A stretch of 64,000 bases of DNA from a virus: positions 64,001-128,000 of IMG/VR virus record IMGVR_UViG_3300047557_002951. The stretch is one strand, 5' to 3'. The number at the start of each line of letters is the position of its first letter. Position 1 is the stretch's first letter. Positions 47,572 through 57,569 of this stretch are shown here, in pieces. The notes beneath the pieces are model-generated. The model did not search any database, was not told where the DNA came from, and saw nothing but the letters and a program-made list of their open reading frames with translations. The translations under genes were made by a program, and so were the position numbers.

Positions 47572-48537
47572 TTACTGACTGATCCGGTTTACGGCAAGTC
47601 GTGCTCGGTTGAGGATAGAACCACTAAGGGGAACATATCCAAGGTCATCAGCAATTGATTGTGCCTTTGAACTCAGGGCGTAGTTGAGTGCTCCACGAAT
47701 GGCAGGAGCGTTAGAACCATTGCCAGTCTTATATGCAAGAATCCAAGTCAGAGTTGAAATTGGATAAGAAGTTGCACCAGCAGGATTTGGATTTTCGCCA
47801 GCAAGGTTCGCATCCAGTTTGATGCCATTCAGTGCGGCAGAACCAGCAGCAGCAGTAGGAAGAACAAACTTACCTGCTTTATTTTGAAGTGCTGCTGCTT
47901 GGAGTTTATTTGCTTTCACAAATCCAGTGTTCACATAACCAATCGCACCATTGCTTTGACGAATGCGACCAGCAACACCTTCATTACCTTTAGCACCAAT
48001 ACCAGTAGGCCAGTTTACAGACTTAGCAGCACCAGCAGTCCAACCACCAAATGCTTTCAGAGAGTTAGTAAATGCAAAGGTAGTTCCAGAACCATCAGAA
48101 CGATGAACCACAGTCATAGGACCAGCAGCACATCCAACTTGGTTCCAGTTCTTAATCCGACCAGCAAAGACATCAACTGCTTGCTTCTGAGTGAGTTTCA
48201 GAGTACATCCTGGTTTGTTATAGGCAATAGCAATAGTACCACCAACCATAGGAATTTGTACGACACCACGCTTTACTTTGGCGGCATCTGCTGCGCTGAT
48301 TGCTTCATCACTTGCTCCGAAGTTAATCGTTCCCGCAAGGAATTGACGAACACCAGCACCAGAACCAACGGACTGATAATTAACCCGATTCCCAGTAGCT
48401 CGTGCATAGTCAGCAAACCATCGTTGATAAATTGGAGCAGGGAATGAAGCACCTGCACCGTTAATAGTAGGTCCAGCAAGAGCAGCAGTAGGAACAGCAG
48501 CAACTAAACCAATAGCAAAAATATTTTTCAGTTTCAT
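47572..48537 (-). CDS. pstS: Phosphate ABC transporter binding protein
   Basis: GAGASFPAPIYQRW, YQSVGSGAG, HRSDGSGTT; signal peptide from ATG 48537. Confidence 0.95.
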   Translation of the reverse strand: MKLKNIFAIGLVAAVPTAALAGPTINGAGASFPAPIYQRWFADYARATGNRVNYQSVGSGAGVRQFLAGTINFGASDEAISAADAAKVKRGVVQIPMVGGTIAIAYNKPGCTLKLTQKQAVDVFAGRIKNWNQVGCAAGPMTVVHRSDGSGTTFAFTNSLKAFGGWTAGAAKSVNWPTGIGAKGNEGVAGRIRQSNGAIGYVNTGFVKANKLQAAALQNKAGKFVLPTAAAGSAALNGIKLDANLAGENPNPAGATSYPISTLTWILAYKTGNGSNAPAIRGALNYALSSKAQSIADDLGYVPLSGSILNRARLAVNRISQ

Positions 48538-48587
48538 AAAAAGTTTTAGAAGTGAATTGACTTCACGAATAATGATACCAGAAGACA

Positions 48588-48625
48588 AGCTTAAAGTCAA
48601 CTAAGATTTGGTTAAGGTTTCGATT
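48588..48625 (-). promoter_or_regulatory. Putative Pho box upstream of pstS
   Basis: CTTAACC-AAAT-CTTAGTT-GAC-TTTAAGC imperfect ~11-bp-period repeats overlapping a TTGACT -35-like box. Confidence 0.45.
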
Positions 48626-48682
48626 ACCAAATAAAAAAGCACCCAAAAAATAGGTGCTTTCACTCAAGTTATGAGTAAGTTA

Positions 48683-48789
48683 TCAACCAACAATACTATC
48701 TCTCCACTCTTCACTCATATTCACCATAATTGCTTCTGCTGCTTCTGGGGTTTCAGCATATCAGTATAAAACATATTAGTATTTTTCAT
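48683..48789 (-). pseudogene. Deletion remnant of a cyanophage repeat-family gene
   Basis: YAETPEAAEAIMVNMSEEWRDSIVG* is out of frame with the only upstream ATG (48789). Confidence 0.55.
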
Positions 48790-48898
48790 CTGCTCTTAAA
48801 TTGGTTCGCAATACTATTTATAAAAGAAAAGAGGGCATTTCTGCCCTCCAATCTCTACCTTAAAGATGCGAACCAATTAAGGCATCATTATTTATACC

Positions 48899-50365
48899 TT
48901 AGAACTTAAAGGTTGTTTGTAAAATTCCTCCCCAATTTGAAGAGTTACCAGCAAGGCGCTGATTATCACTACCATAAATGATAGCAGGGGTGACGCTGAT
49001 GTTATCAGACACTTGATACTTGTAGAAGATTTCAAGCATCGTGGACTTCTCAAGGTTCTCACCAGTAGGAGCTTGACCGATAGCAACACCAGCAGAGTTA
49101 CCATCAACAAATACATCATCCCAAGTGAGACCAGCAAACCAGGACTGACTATTGGTAGCATCACTTTGGGTGCCACTTACAGTGTTCCAACCATAACCAC
49201 CAGAGATGGAGGGAACCCAACCAGATTGGGTTGGTTGCCAGTAAGCGTTGATAGCATAACCGTTGGAAGTTTGACCAGGAACAAGAGTTCCAGAAGCGCC
49301 GTTCAGACCGTTGTAGGTACGAACACGAGTGCCTTCAGTACCATAACGATAACCGAAAGCAGCACCCCAGTTAGTACCACGATAACCGATTTGTGCCAGA
49401 GTATTCAGAGCACCAGAACGGTCAAACTCACCAGTGGAACTATCACTGCCGTTTTGGGCAACATAGTTTACGCCAGCAACAAGACCTGTGCTCTTGCCAT
49501 ATTGAATGCCGAAACCAGAACCAACTGCCTTGTTATAAACACCAGGAGCACCTGCTACTTGGAAGAAGTCAAGAATCTTGGAGTTATATGCCGAAGGAAT
49601 CCAAGAGATTTCAGTATTACGAACCAGAGCGCCAGCAGTAATAGTGGTGGTGTTATTAAACGCAGGGAATGAATAGTACAGACGATCGATAACTACATTG
49701 TTGCCAACTTCACTAGAAGTGTTATCTGCTTTATCTAGTTTGAAGATTGAAGAACTGGAACCGAAAGGATTGCTGCTAAAGTTGGCAGAACGCAAACGAG
49801 TACGAAGTAGATCCTTACCAGTGAATGAAGTATCCAGGTTCAGACGCAGATCGTAGTTAAATGCGGTGTGAGTGATATCACCATCTTTGGTCTGGTAGTT
49901 ATCAACACCACCGATTACGAAGTTTGCTTCACCACGCAGTTTGGTAGTAGTGGAGAACTGTTGTGCTTCAAGTGTAGTGACTTGTGCTTCCAGACCATCT
50001 ACACGACCTTTGAGAACTGTAAGTTCTTGTGCGAATTCTGCCTGAAGACGCTTAAGTTCATCAGTAACTTCAGTCACGCGGTCAAGGCAAGCATTCAGAA
50101 GTGCTGCTGCCTCATAACGAGTCATAGCACGAGCACCACGGAAGGTGCCGTTAGGATAACCAGCAACGCAACCATAACGCTCTACGAGGTTGCTAAGTGC
50201 TTGATATGCCCAATCAGTTGGTTGGACATCAGAAAATTGTGTAATACTTGTGACCTGTTCTTGTGAATATTGATTTACTCCAGATGTAAGGTCAGCAGCC
50301 ATCGCTGCAGGAGCAACAATACCTAGAGCAACAGGTGCAAGCATCAGTTGTTGAAAAAATTTCAT
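48899..50365 (-). CDS. Cyanobacterial SLH-domain outer membrane porin (Som/OprB type)
   Basis: QVTSITQFSDVQPTDWAYQAL..LVERYGC.AGYP...QFSTTTKL.G...QTTFKF; likely start MKFFQQL. Confidence 0.93.
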   Translation of the reverse strand: MKFFQQLMLAPVALGIVAPAAMAADLTSGVNQYSQEQVTSITQFSDVQPTDWAYQALSNLVERYGCVAGYPNGTFRGARAMTRYEAAALLNACLDRVTEVTDELKRLQAEFAQELTVLKGRVDGLEAQVTTLEAQQFSTTTKLRGEANFVIGGVDNYQTKDGDITHTAFNYDLRLNLDTSFTGKDLLRTRLRSANFSSNPFGSSSSIFKLDKADNTSSEVGNNVVIDRLYYSFPAFNNTTTITAGALVRNTEISWIPSAYNSKILDFFQVAGAPGVYNKAVGSGFGIQYGKSTGLVAGVNYVAQNGSDSSTGEFDRSGALNTLAQIGYRGTNWGAAFGYRYGTEGTRVRTYNGLNGASGTLVPGQTSNGYAINAYWQPTQSGWVPSISGGYGWNTVSGTQSDATNSQSWFAGLTWDDVFVDGNSAGVAIGQAPTGENLEKSTMLEIFYKYQVSDNISVTPAIIYGSDNQRLAGNSSNWGGILQTTFKF

Positions 50366-50459
50366 AGAAATATTTTTGTTTGTTCTATAGGACAAAAAGT
50401 TAAGAATTACAACAGAATTCCCAACCGAGTATTTATTATAGGACGGTTCTCAAAATTTG

Positions 50460-51266
50460 TCAAGCGTCCGACTTAGATGGTTCGGTAATCCGACCAAGAT
50501 AAGGATCAAAGGAAGTAATTTGATCCACTGTGAAATTGGCACCTCTTTGATGCCAAAAATTTCTAATTCCATCATGACTATTACGATGAAAAATATCAAT
50601 ATGATCGGGATGAATGGATGAGCCAAGTTCAATTTTATAGAGAAAAATTGGAGTGGCATAAGTACACCCAGAATTATAAATCAAATCATCGGCTACTGGA
50701 CGAGGCTTTACTCCATTATCAAGTTTATACTTATCTCCACGAATATGATACTTTATAAGTTTTTCTGCATGATGTCTCGTAATGACATAACAAGCCGTTG
50801 AGAAATCATTAACAAATCTTGTATGAATTGGCACTACAATATCGCCAGTACAAATGATGGCAAGTTGAATGACATCCCAACAATAGGGAACTTTAGCAAT
50901 AAAATCAGACCAAGTGAAATTCCAACAGTGTGCAAGACTCATATCACAATCATCTTCCATAATAATCGCATAAGGACTATCAGAAGTATTATACCAATGA
51001 TTAATTGCTTTCAAATGTGATGTAACACACCCAATTTCACCAGATGTCATCATATCTGGGTACTTACCTTTAATAACATCACTCAAATCATCATCTCTAC
51101 CATCATGCGCAGAAATTCTCATATAATTTTCAATTTCCCAGTGTTTAAACTGAGATTCCATGTATTCCCATCTTTCTGGTTGATCGTCCAGATTAATACA
51201 ATAAACTGGACCAAAATTTTTTAGTTTATGTACAGATTTATTTTTTTCCATTAGATTGTCATCCAT
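50460..51266 (-). CDS. Glycosyltransferase family 25
   Basis: YCINLD....R...GEIGCV.SH...IIMEDD. Confidence 0.85.
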   Translation of the reverse strand: MDDNLMEKNKSVHKLKNFGPVYCINLDDQPERWEYMESQFKHWEIENYMRISAHDGRDDDLSDVIKGKYPDMMTSGEIGCVTSHLKAINHWYNTSDSPYAIIMEDDCDMSLAHCWNFTWSDFIAKVPYCWDVIQLAIICTGDIVVPIHTRFVNDFSTACYVITRHHAEKLIKYHIRGDKYKLDNGVKPRPVADDLIYNSGCTYATPIFLYKIELGSSIHPDHIDIFHRNSHDGIRNFWHQRGANFTVDQITSFDPYLGRITEPSKSDA

Positions 51267-52057
51267 CTTTCAGGTATTAGATCCTTTGTATTTTTATTGG
51301 AGTTACCTTCTCCAAACCATTTTATTGGTGCAATTACTTTATCTGAATTTGCAAGCCAAGCCCCCCACCAAGAAAATGAAGAGTTTGCAATAATATGATA
51401 TGTACACAATGTCATAAGACAAAGATCGACATAATGATCCTGAGATTCGGAGATCATAAAACGATCAGAATCAAATAAACTTTGCTCTTTGCACCATTCA
51501 ACATCATCAGAAAAAACTATCACTGGAATTTCAGAATCAAATGATTTTAATGCTTCTTCATAATAATCCAAATCAAGAGTAGTATGATTTGGATTTTTAA
51601 GATAATCAGTTCTCCTCACATGTAAACTAATTGCATCACCAACAGATTCCATCATATCTTTACATGGTTGTAAAATATGATCCCGAAAAGAAAAATCTTC
51701 TCTAATTTCAGATTCGATGTGTTTAAAATATTTCTCAGACTGAAAAAATCCAGCAAGGCTAATTTCATCTGGACACATATTGAAAAGAATTTCATCGAAA
51801 TGAAAATGTCTTTCTTCTGCTATCGGTGCATATCCTCGGTCAAGTAGTTTAGTATTGCGCGGAAGAACATTAATCATATTGAACGCATCAAACAATTCAA
51901 TCTTCATATCAAATCCATAAGGATCTTTAATGATATGATCATGTCTTGGAATACAAAAATCGTATCCACGATTTCTAGCAATACCTCGCAATGATGCATA
52001 TTGAAACATCTGATTTCCAAGTCTGCCAAGTTGCCCTAAATGATTAAATGCCAACAT
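51251..52057 (-). CDS. GT11 alpha-1,2-fucosyl/colitosyltransferase
   Basis: GRLGNQMFQYA, GFFQSEKYF, HVRRTDY, FSDD..W, IIANSSFSWWGAWL. Confidence 0.9.
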   Translation of the reverse strand: MLAFNHLGQLGRLGNQMFQYASLRGIARNRGYDFCIPRHDHIIKDPYGFDMKIELFDAFNMINVLPRNTKLLDRGYAPIAEERHFHFDEILFNMCPDEISLAGFFQSEKYFKHIESEIREDFSFRDHILQPCKDMMESVGDAISLHVRRTDYLKNPNHTTLDLDYYEEALKSFDSEIPVIVFSDDVEWCKEQSLFDSDRFMISESQDHYVDLCLMTLCTYHIIANSSFSWWGAWLANSDKVIAPIKWFGEGNSNKNTKDLIPERWMTI

Positions 52058-52871
52058 TTAATTGTCTCCTCAATTTCTTTACATATTTTTGTTGCTCATA
52101 ATAATTCACTAATCTTTCTTTGTCCCAAGTTCGTATTGAGTTCCACAAGTTAAAATTATCCTGCCATTTTGGATTATTATAATGTGAATTGAAAGTTCTT
52201 GCATGTTCAAAATGATACCCATAGTTATTAACTCTGCCAACTTTGAGTCCCATTACTTGTATTCTATACAAAAATTCACAATCTTCGGGTCCCCAAGACA
52301 TAAAATTTTCATTCCAAAAATAAGAATCAATTTCAGATTGTTTTCTTATCATTTGTCCCCACCCCATTACAGATGTACCCAAACGACAACTATCATTAAG
52401 TATTTCTAAGTTGAAATTAGATTGAATAAATTTTTCAAGCAATTCGTCAGAATGATTTACATGAAGTTGATAAGCACCAACCCCATAAGTATAAACAGCA
52501 TCATAATTTTGGGTAGTTATCATATGATATGCCTTATGATAACTTGATACTGGAAATACTATATCAACATCGTAATTATAAACAATATCAGTATTTGCTT
52601 CAAGTAACAAATTGTTTAAAACTTTAGTTTTGTGAAAAAATGAATTCTCATCGCAATTAAATATATGTCTCAGATTTATTGGTTCTTTCCCAAAAATATT
52701 TTTGATATTTGGTAGTACATTTTGAGAATATATAGACTGTTTATCAGATTCATAAACAATAATTTTTGATTCTGGAAAATTATACAAAAGATAAGAAATC
52801 GATGTAATTATATTTCTCAATCGGTCATTAGATTCTATCCTACACGGCATTAAAAATGTTAAATTTTTCAT
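52044..52871 (-). CDS. GT-A fold glycosyltransferase (GT7/GT2-like)
   Basis: FHKTK.LN......YD.D...WNENF.SWGPED.E...R...H..H. Confidence 0.78.
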   Translation of the reverse strand: MKNLTFLMPCRIESNDRLRNIITSISYLLYNFPESKIIVYESDKQSIYSQNVLPNIKNIFGKEPINLRHIFNCDENSFFHKTKVLNNLLLEANTDIVYNYDVDIVFPVSSYHKAYHMITTQNYDAVYTYGVGAYQLHVNHSDELLEKFIQSNFNLEILNDSCRLGTSVMGWGQMIRKQSEIDSYFWNENFMSWGPEDCEFLYRIQVMGLKVGRVNNYGYHFEHARTFNSHYNNPKWQDNFNLWNSIRTWDKERLVNYYEQQKYVKKLRRQLNVGI

Positions 52872-52883
52872 TTTACTAACACA

Positions 52884-53726
52884 TTAAAAATTTATTTTTG
52901 TCCATTGACTTGGAATTAAATCTTTAGTATCCAAAAAAGATTGGTTTCTTCCAAACCAAATTGATGGTGCAATTACAGTCTTATTTTCATTTTCACTCAG
53001 CCATGCCCCCCACCAACTAAAAGAACTATTGGCAATAATGTGATCACTACAATTAGATATTAAACAAAGATCAAAGTGTGCTTTCATAATACTATCAGAT
53101 ACAAAATCATTTATAATAAAATTTTCTCCGCTGAAAATTTTTTGATTTTTGCACCATTCTACATCATTTGAACAAATTATATAAGTTCTATCTTTACCCA
53201 TGAAATCAATAGATTTTTTGTAATAATCCATCGGTAAATTATAATGATTGTTCTCTACTCCCGGATAATCATAAGTGTCGGAAAATCTACGAATAACAAT
53301 TGATATGGGATCATATTTTAAATATTCACCAAAAACAGCATTGACTTCATCTAAAATGTTTGACTTGAAAGTAAAATCTTTTCTAATTTCACTTTTTGCA
53401 TTTTGAAAATATTTTTCAGTTTCGAAATATCCTTTGAGAGTTACATTATCTGGACACTCATTAAAAAGTTCTTCACAAAATTCATACTGATGTAATTCAA
53501 CTTCATCACCATCAATATAACCAAATCTATCACCAAGATAATTCATCCCAAAACAATGATGGAGTTGGTGATGCGTTGAAATTGCATTACCAAAATTTGT
53601 AGCATCCTTATGATTGGGTATGCAGAAATCATAATTCATATTCTTTGCAATCCCAACAAGAGATGCATATTGAAACATTTGATTTCCAAGTCTTCCATTT
53701 TTACCAAGTATGTTCATCCCAATCAT
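52884..53726 (-). CDS. GT11 alpha-1,2-fucosyl/colitosyltransferase (divergent)
   Basis: GRLGNQMFQYA, GYFETEKYF, IIANSSFSWWGAWL; HVRRGDY replaced by VIRRFSD. Confidence 0.85.
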   Translation of the reverse strand: MIGMNILGKNGRLGNQMFQYASLVGIAKNMNYDFCIPNHKDATNFGNAISTHHQLHHCFGMNYLGDRFGYIDGDEVELHQYEFCEELFNECPDNVTLKGYFETEKYFQNAKSEIRKDFTFKSNILDEVNAVFGEYLKYDPISIVIRRFSDTYDYPGVENNHYNLPMDYYKKSIDFMGKDRTYIICSNDVEWCKNQKIFSGENFIINDFVSDSIMKAHFDLCLISNCSDHIIANSSFSWWGAWLSENENKTVIAPSIWFGRNQSFLDTKDLIPSQWTKINF

Positions 53727-54583
53727 TCAATCATCTCCCATTCATTCGGAATTATATCTGCCATATCATAATGGCTATACATTGGACCAAACCAATTATT
53801 ATAATGTGGAGAGATTATTTGTTTATTTTCATTTTTTATTAGCCATGCCCCCCACCAACTTAAAGAACTATTAGCTATAATTCCACCTTTACACATAGAC
53901 ATTAAACACAAATCATAAAATGGAACTAAAGGATACTCCATAGCACCATCTCCCACTTGAACTTTTTGGTTAAATTTTACTTCATTTTCCGATATAAAAA
54001 ATCTATCTGGCTTAAATATATCTTGCTTTTTGCACCAATTAGAGTCATCAGATAAGACAATAACAGAAAGATTAGAATCAAATCTATCTAAAGCTTTTTT
54101 ATAATATGATTCACTTAAAAGAGGATGATATTCTTGTACCCTAACGTAATCACCTCTCCTCACATGTAAAAATATTGCATCACCAATTTCATCCATTACT
54201 TCCAAACAAGAAGATTTAATATCATCATTAAATTCATAATCTTCTCTAATTTCATCAGAAATGTGTCTAAAATATTTTTCAGTCTGAAAGAATCCACTGA
54301 TATCTACATTATCTGGACAAGTATCAAAAAAATTTTCATCAAAGTTAAATTTTTTAATTTCATACAATTTACACTCACTACCATTAAATCCCTTATTTTT
54401 TTCACTGACATTAGTCATCTGAAATGATTCAAATAAACAGTATTTTGTCTTTCCAATGTGATTTTCCGGAGGCACTAAAAAATCAAACCCTCGATTTGCC
54501 GCAATTCCACGAAGAGAAGCATATTGAAACATTTGATTTCCCATTCTACCGGTTGAGCCAAGTCCATTATAACTTATCGCCAT
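53723..54583 (-). CDS. GT11 alpha-1,2-fucosyl/colitosyltransferase
   Basis: GRMGNQMFQYA, HVRRGDY, IIANSSLSWWGAWL; likely start MAISY. Confidence 0.9.
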   Translation of the reverse strand: MAISYNGLGSTGRMGNQMFQYASLRGIAANRGFDFLVPPENHIGKTKYCLFESFQMTNVSEKNKGFNGSECKLYEIKKFNFDENFFDTCPDNVDISGFFQTEKYFRHISDEIREDYEFNDDIKSSCLEVMDEIGDAIFLHVRRGDYVRVQEYHPLLSESYYKKALDRFDSNLSVIVLSDDSNWCKKQDIFKPDRFFISENEVKFNQKVQVGDGAMEYPLVPFYDLCLMSMCKGGIIANSSLSWWGAWLIKNENKQIISPHYNNWFGPMYSHYDMADIIPNEWEMIE

Positions 54584-55400
54584 TATTTCCACCCAAATAA
54601 GTTTTGTAAATGTAATCTTCATTGATCAGAAAATTCTTGACTATTTCTAGATTTTCTTTCACCGCATCTATTTTAGCATAATATAAATCAGGCGTCAAGC
54701 TAGAAATATCAAAATCTTCTGTTAGTGAAATGATGCCATCTGGATTAAAAAATTTTCCAATATCTGGTGATCCATAATAAATTGGGATAGTTCCAGTCGC
54801 AAAACAGTCTTGAATTTTTTCAGTAAAGTAAGACTCATATGAAGCATTCTCGATTGCGACAGAAAACATATAGTCTTTTAGTCCTTCCTCTTTAGATTGA
54901 ATCTCATCAAATCCTCTGCCATAAAAATCAACTTTACCTTGAAGTTTTTGTGCCCATGATAAACGATATTGATGACCATTGCACATTAACTTATTAGAGC
55001 ATATCATTGAGACCAGCTTTGTTTTCTCATATAGTTGTGATTCAGTAATCCAGGTACCATAAAGAGGAGCAAATTTAAATTTACGATGAAGTTGAAGTAG
55101 TTCTTGATTATGAGTAAAAATATAATCAAATACTCTTACATAATGAAGATAATTGCTTTTAACATCATCAATGACTTGTGGTTTGATGTCTTTTGATTCT
55201 AACAGCCACGCATATTTCTTTTTACTTGTTCCGTCATCAAATGCCAAGCCAATGTATTCATCTACATAAAAAGTTTCTTCCGCCCCAGAATCTACCCATT
55301 CAATGAATTTGGATTCTTGCTTGTGAATAGATGATGCTTTATTCCAATTGTGATAGTTATTAAAACCACCACCAACTAAATTGTATTGTTTTTTATCCAT
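54567..55400 (-). CDS. GT10-like (alpha-1,3-fucosyltransferase fold) protein
   Basis: YMFSVAIEN.....YFTEKI.D.F..GTIPIYYG. Confidence 0.82.
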   Translation of the reverse strand: MDKKQYNLVGGGFNNYHNWNKASSIHKQESKFIEWVDSGAEETFYVDEYIGLAFDDGTSKKKYAWLLESKDIKPQVIDDVKSNYLHYVRVFDYIFTHNQELLQLHRKFKFAPLYGTWITESQLYEKTKLVSMICSNKLMCNGHQYRLSWAQKLQGKVDFYGRGFDEIQSKEEGLKDYMFSVAIENASYESYFTEKIQDCFATGTIPIYYGSPDIGKFFNPDGIISLTEDFDISSLTPDLYYAKIDAVKENLEIVKNFLINEDYIYKTYLGGNNGDKL

Positions 55401-55405
55401 ATATA

Positions 55406-56104
55406 ATGAAAATGAATTGTGTCATGAAAGTTATATCGTTTTCCTTATGGGGAGATAATCCAAAGTACACTATTGGAGCAATTAAAAACTCACAGCTCAA
55501 AGAAAAATTCTACCCGGATTGGAAAATGTGGGTTTACCACGATAGTTCTGTTCCTCCTTATATATTAGAAGAATTACAAAGGAATAATGTACAATTGATA
55601 AAGAAAAAAAATCAAAGTCATTCTAATGCGATGTGGAGGTTTGCTCCAGCATCAAATAAGGCGATTGATTGCTTCATATCAAGAGATTGCGACTCTCGTT
55701 TGTTTGAAAGAGATGTTGCCGCAGTGAATGAATGGATAGAATCAGATAAAAAATTTCATATCATTCGTGATCATCCCGGTGGCCATGCATGGGAAATCAG
55801 CGCAGGAATGTGGGGCTGTAAAAAAGGATTTATAGAAAATATTGAAAATAAGATAGAACATTATATTAAGACAAGTTCTTGGATTTCCGATAGAGCAGTA
55901 GACCAAAGATTTTTACAAGAAGTAATTTACCCACAAGCAGTCGCAAGTCTTTTTCTTCATGATGAATATTTTAATTATGAAAAAATCGGCACTCCAATTA
56001 AAAGAGATCGTAAACTCGACAACTTTGCATTCATTGGAGAACCATTTGATGAGAATAATAATCAGTTATCAAATCACCGGGATATGATCATTCAAAGATA
56101 TTGA
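55406..56104 (+). CDS. Putative glycosyltransferase-like protein, opposite strand
   Basis: KVISFSLWGDNPKY..GA..N...MWRF......SRD.DSR...FHIIRDHP...AGMWG...DQ.FL. Confidence 0.7.
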   Translation: MKMNCVMKVISFSLWGDNPKYTIGAIKNSQLKEKFYPDWKMWVYHDSSVPPYILEELQRNNVQLIKKKNQSHSNAMWRFAPASNKAIDCFISRDCDSRLFERDVAAVNEWIESDKKFHIIRDHPGGHAWEISAGMWGCKKGFIENIENKIEHYIKTSSWISDRAVDQRFLQEVIYPQAVASLFLHDEYFNYEKIGTPIKRDRKLDNFAFIGEPFDENNNQLSNHRDMIIQRY

Positions 56105-56799
56105 AGACTTTCTGGGAGAATTTGTTGCCTGTAAAGAGAAAGATTCTTTTCGTATAGTTGTTTATCCGATTGATATGGGATGGCGACTTTATTTACCGGC
56201 AAAGAACACACTTTAATGTGCCTCAAATCTTTAACTTTATATCCAAAAGAATAAGCACGATATGACATATCACCATCGGCATAATAATATTGATATTCTG
56301 GATTATACATTCCTATTTCTCTGAAGATTTTCTTCCTGTATAATCCATAATTCATCACAATTTCTCCACCAGAGTTTGCCACATTACATAAACACCATCC
56401 AGATGTATGATCTGTACCATTCAGCCAATTGGAATCTTTAGTTTCCCCAAATGATCCATATTTCCAGTTAAAAAGATAAAAGTCGTCATTTGACCGTGCC
56501 TCAAGAATTACATCCGACCAATCATTACACAAAATAACATCATCATTCCATTGACATATTATTTCATATGTAGATTCCCGAATGCCAATATTCATAAAAT
56601 GTGGGTAAGAACTTCTACCACCAATTTCAATCAATTTAATTTTAGGGTGATTAAGTTGCTTGACATAATCTATAGTTCCATCTGTACTTCCACCATCTAC
56701 TAAAACAAGTTCCAATCTATCATCAGAAAGAACTGTGTTTGCAATTAAATTGGGAAGCATCCCCACACGATTTAATGTGCCGGTTACAATACTAATCAT
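56092..56799 (-). CDS. Glycosyltransferase family 2
   Basis: ISIVT.T.NR...LVDGGSTDGT...N.G......NDD. Confidence 0.85.
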   Translation of the reverse strand: MISIVTGTLNRVGMLPNLIANTVLSDDRLELVLVDGGSTDGTIDYVKQLNHPKIKLIEIGGRSSYPHFMNIGIRESTYEIICQWNDDVILCNDWSDVILEARSNDDFYLFNWKYGSFGETKDSNWLNGTDHTSGWCLCNVANSGGEIVMNYGLYRKKIFREIGMYNPEYQYYYADGDMSYRAYSFGYKVKDLRHIKVCSLPVNKVAIPYQSDKQLYEKNLSLYRQQILPESLQYL

Positions 56800-57569
56800 T
56801 TGTTTAAGTAATCTATGAAATCAAAATTATTTGCACCAATTATTAGTGCCAATAGACTAACATTTGAAAAACTATACAAAAAGTTATTACAGTTCGAAAG
56901 TAAATAAACGCTAGATAACACTTCTTCATTTACTTTAGAACGATTGGAGCAATGATGATGAATTGATTTGGATCCACTACTTATTTGGAGTGTGTCGTCA
57001 TAAATAATTCGATTGCCATATCTATCCAATAAACAATCAAGGTAATATTTGTCATCAGTAGCAACAAATATTTTTTCACTTTCAATGGAATCAATCAATC
57101 TAAAAATGTTATCGGATTTTATCTCAGGAAGTTCTTGTTTTTTATCTGTACCTCTTATCTGAACACCCAAAGTATTTTTATCGATTCCTAAGTTTTTTTT
57201 CTTCTTCTCAAACTTTTCCAAATATTCGTGTTTAATTTTGAGAATGTTATTGTAAACTTTATTTTTAATTTTCAGATTATCAATATTTGCAGGAGTGTGT
57301 GCATTATATTCTCCCTGATAAATTTGATTAGAAAAATATCTTTCCAACCACCAAGATCCTATGTCATATGTTTTATTTGTTTTTGGAGAAATATTATCAA
57401 ATAAATTTAAAGTCTGACTTTCAGATATTTCGATATTAAAGTTGCCATTCACAATATAATGCTCAAGAGCCATATCAATAATTCCACACACAATAGAACA
57501 AAAACCTTTATATGGATAATTAAACCTTGAGTCGGAATATGATATGTAACCGGTCTCAGTCAATTCCAA
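56796..57569 (-). CDS. NodZ/O-fucosyltransferase-like (GT-B) protein
   Basis: LGVQIRGTDK...IFVATDD...LLS.C......SNVS. Confidence 0.75.
   Translation of the reverse strand: MELTETGYISYSDSRFNYPYKGFCSIVCGIIDMALEHYIVNGNFNIEISESQTLNLFDNISPKTNKTYDIGSWWLERYFSNQIYQGEYNAHTPANIDNLKIKNKVYNNILKIKHEYLEKFEKKKKNLGIDKNTLGVQIRGTDKKQELPEIKSDNIFRLIDSIESEKIFVATDDKYYLDCLLDRYGNRIIYDDTLQISSGSKSIHHHCSNRSKVNEEVLSSVYLLSNCNNFLYSFSNVSLLALIIGANNFDFIDYLNK

Noticed and set aside
47884-50266. Long plus-strand ORFs opposite pstS and the porin
   Set aside because: Antisense shadows caused by biased codon usage
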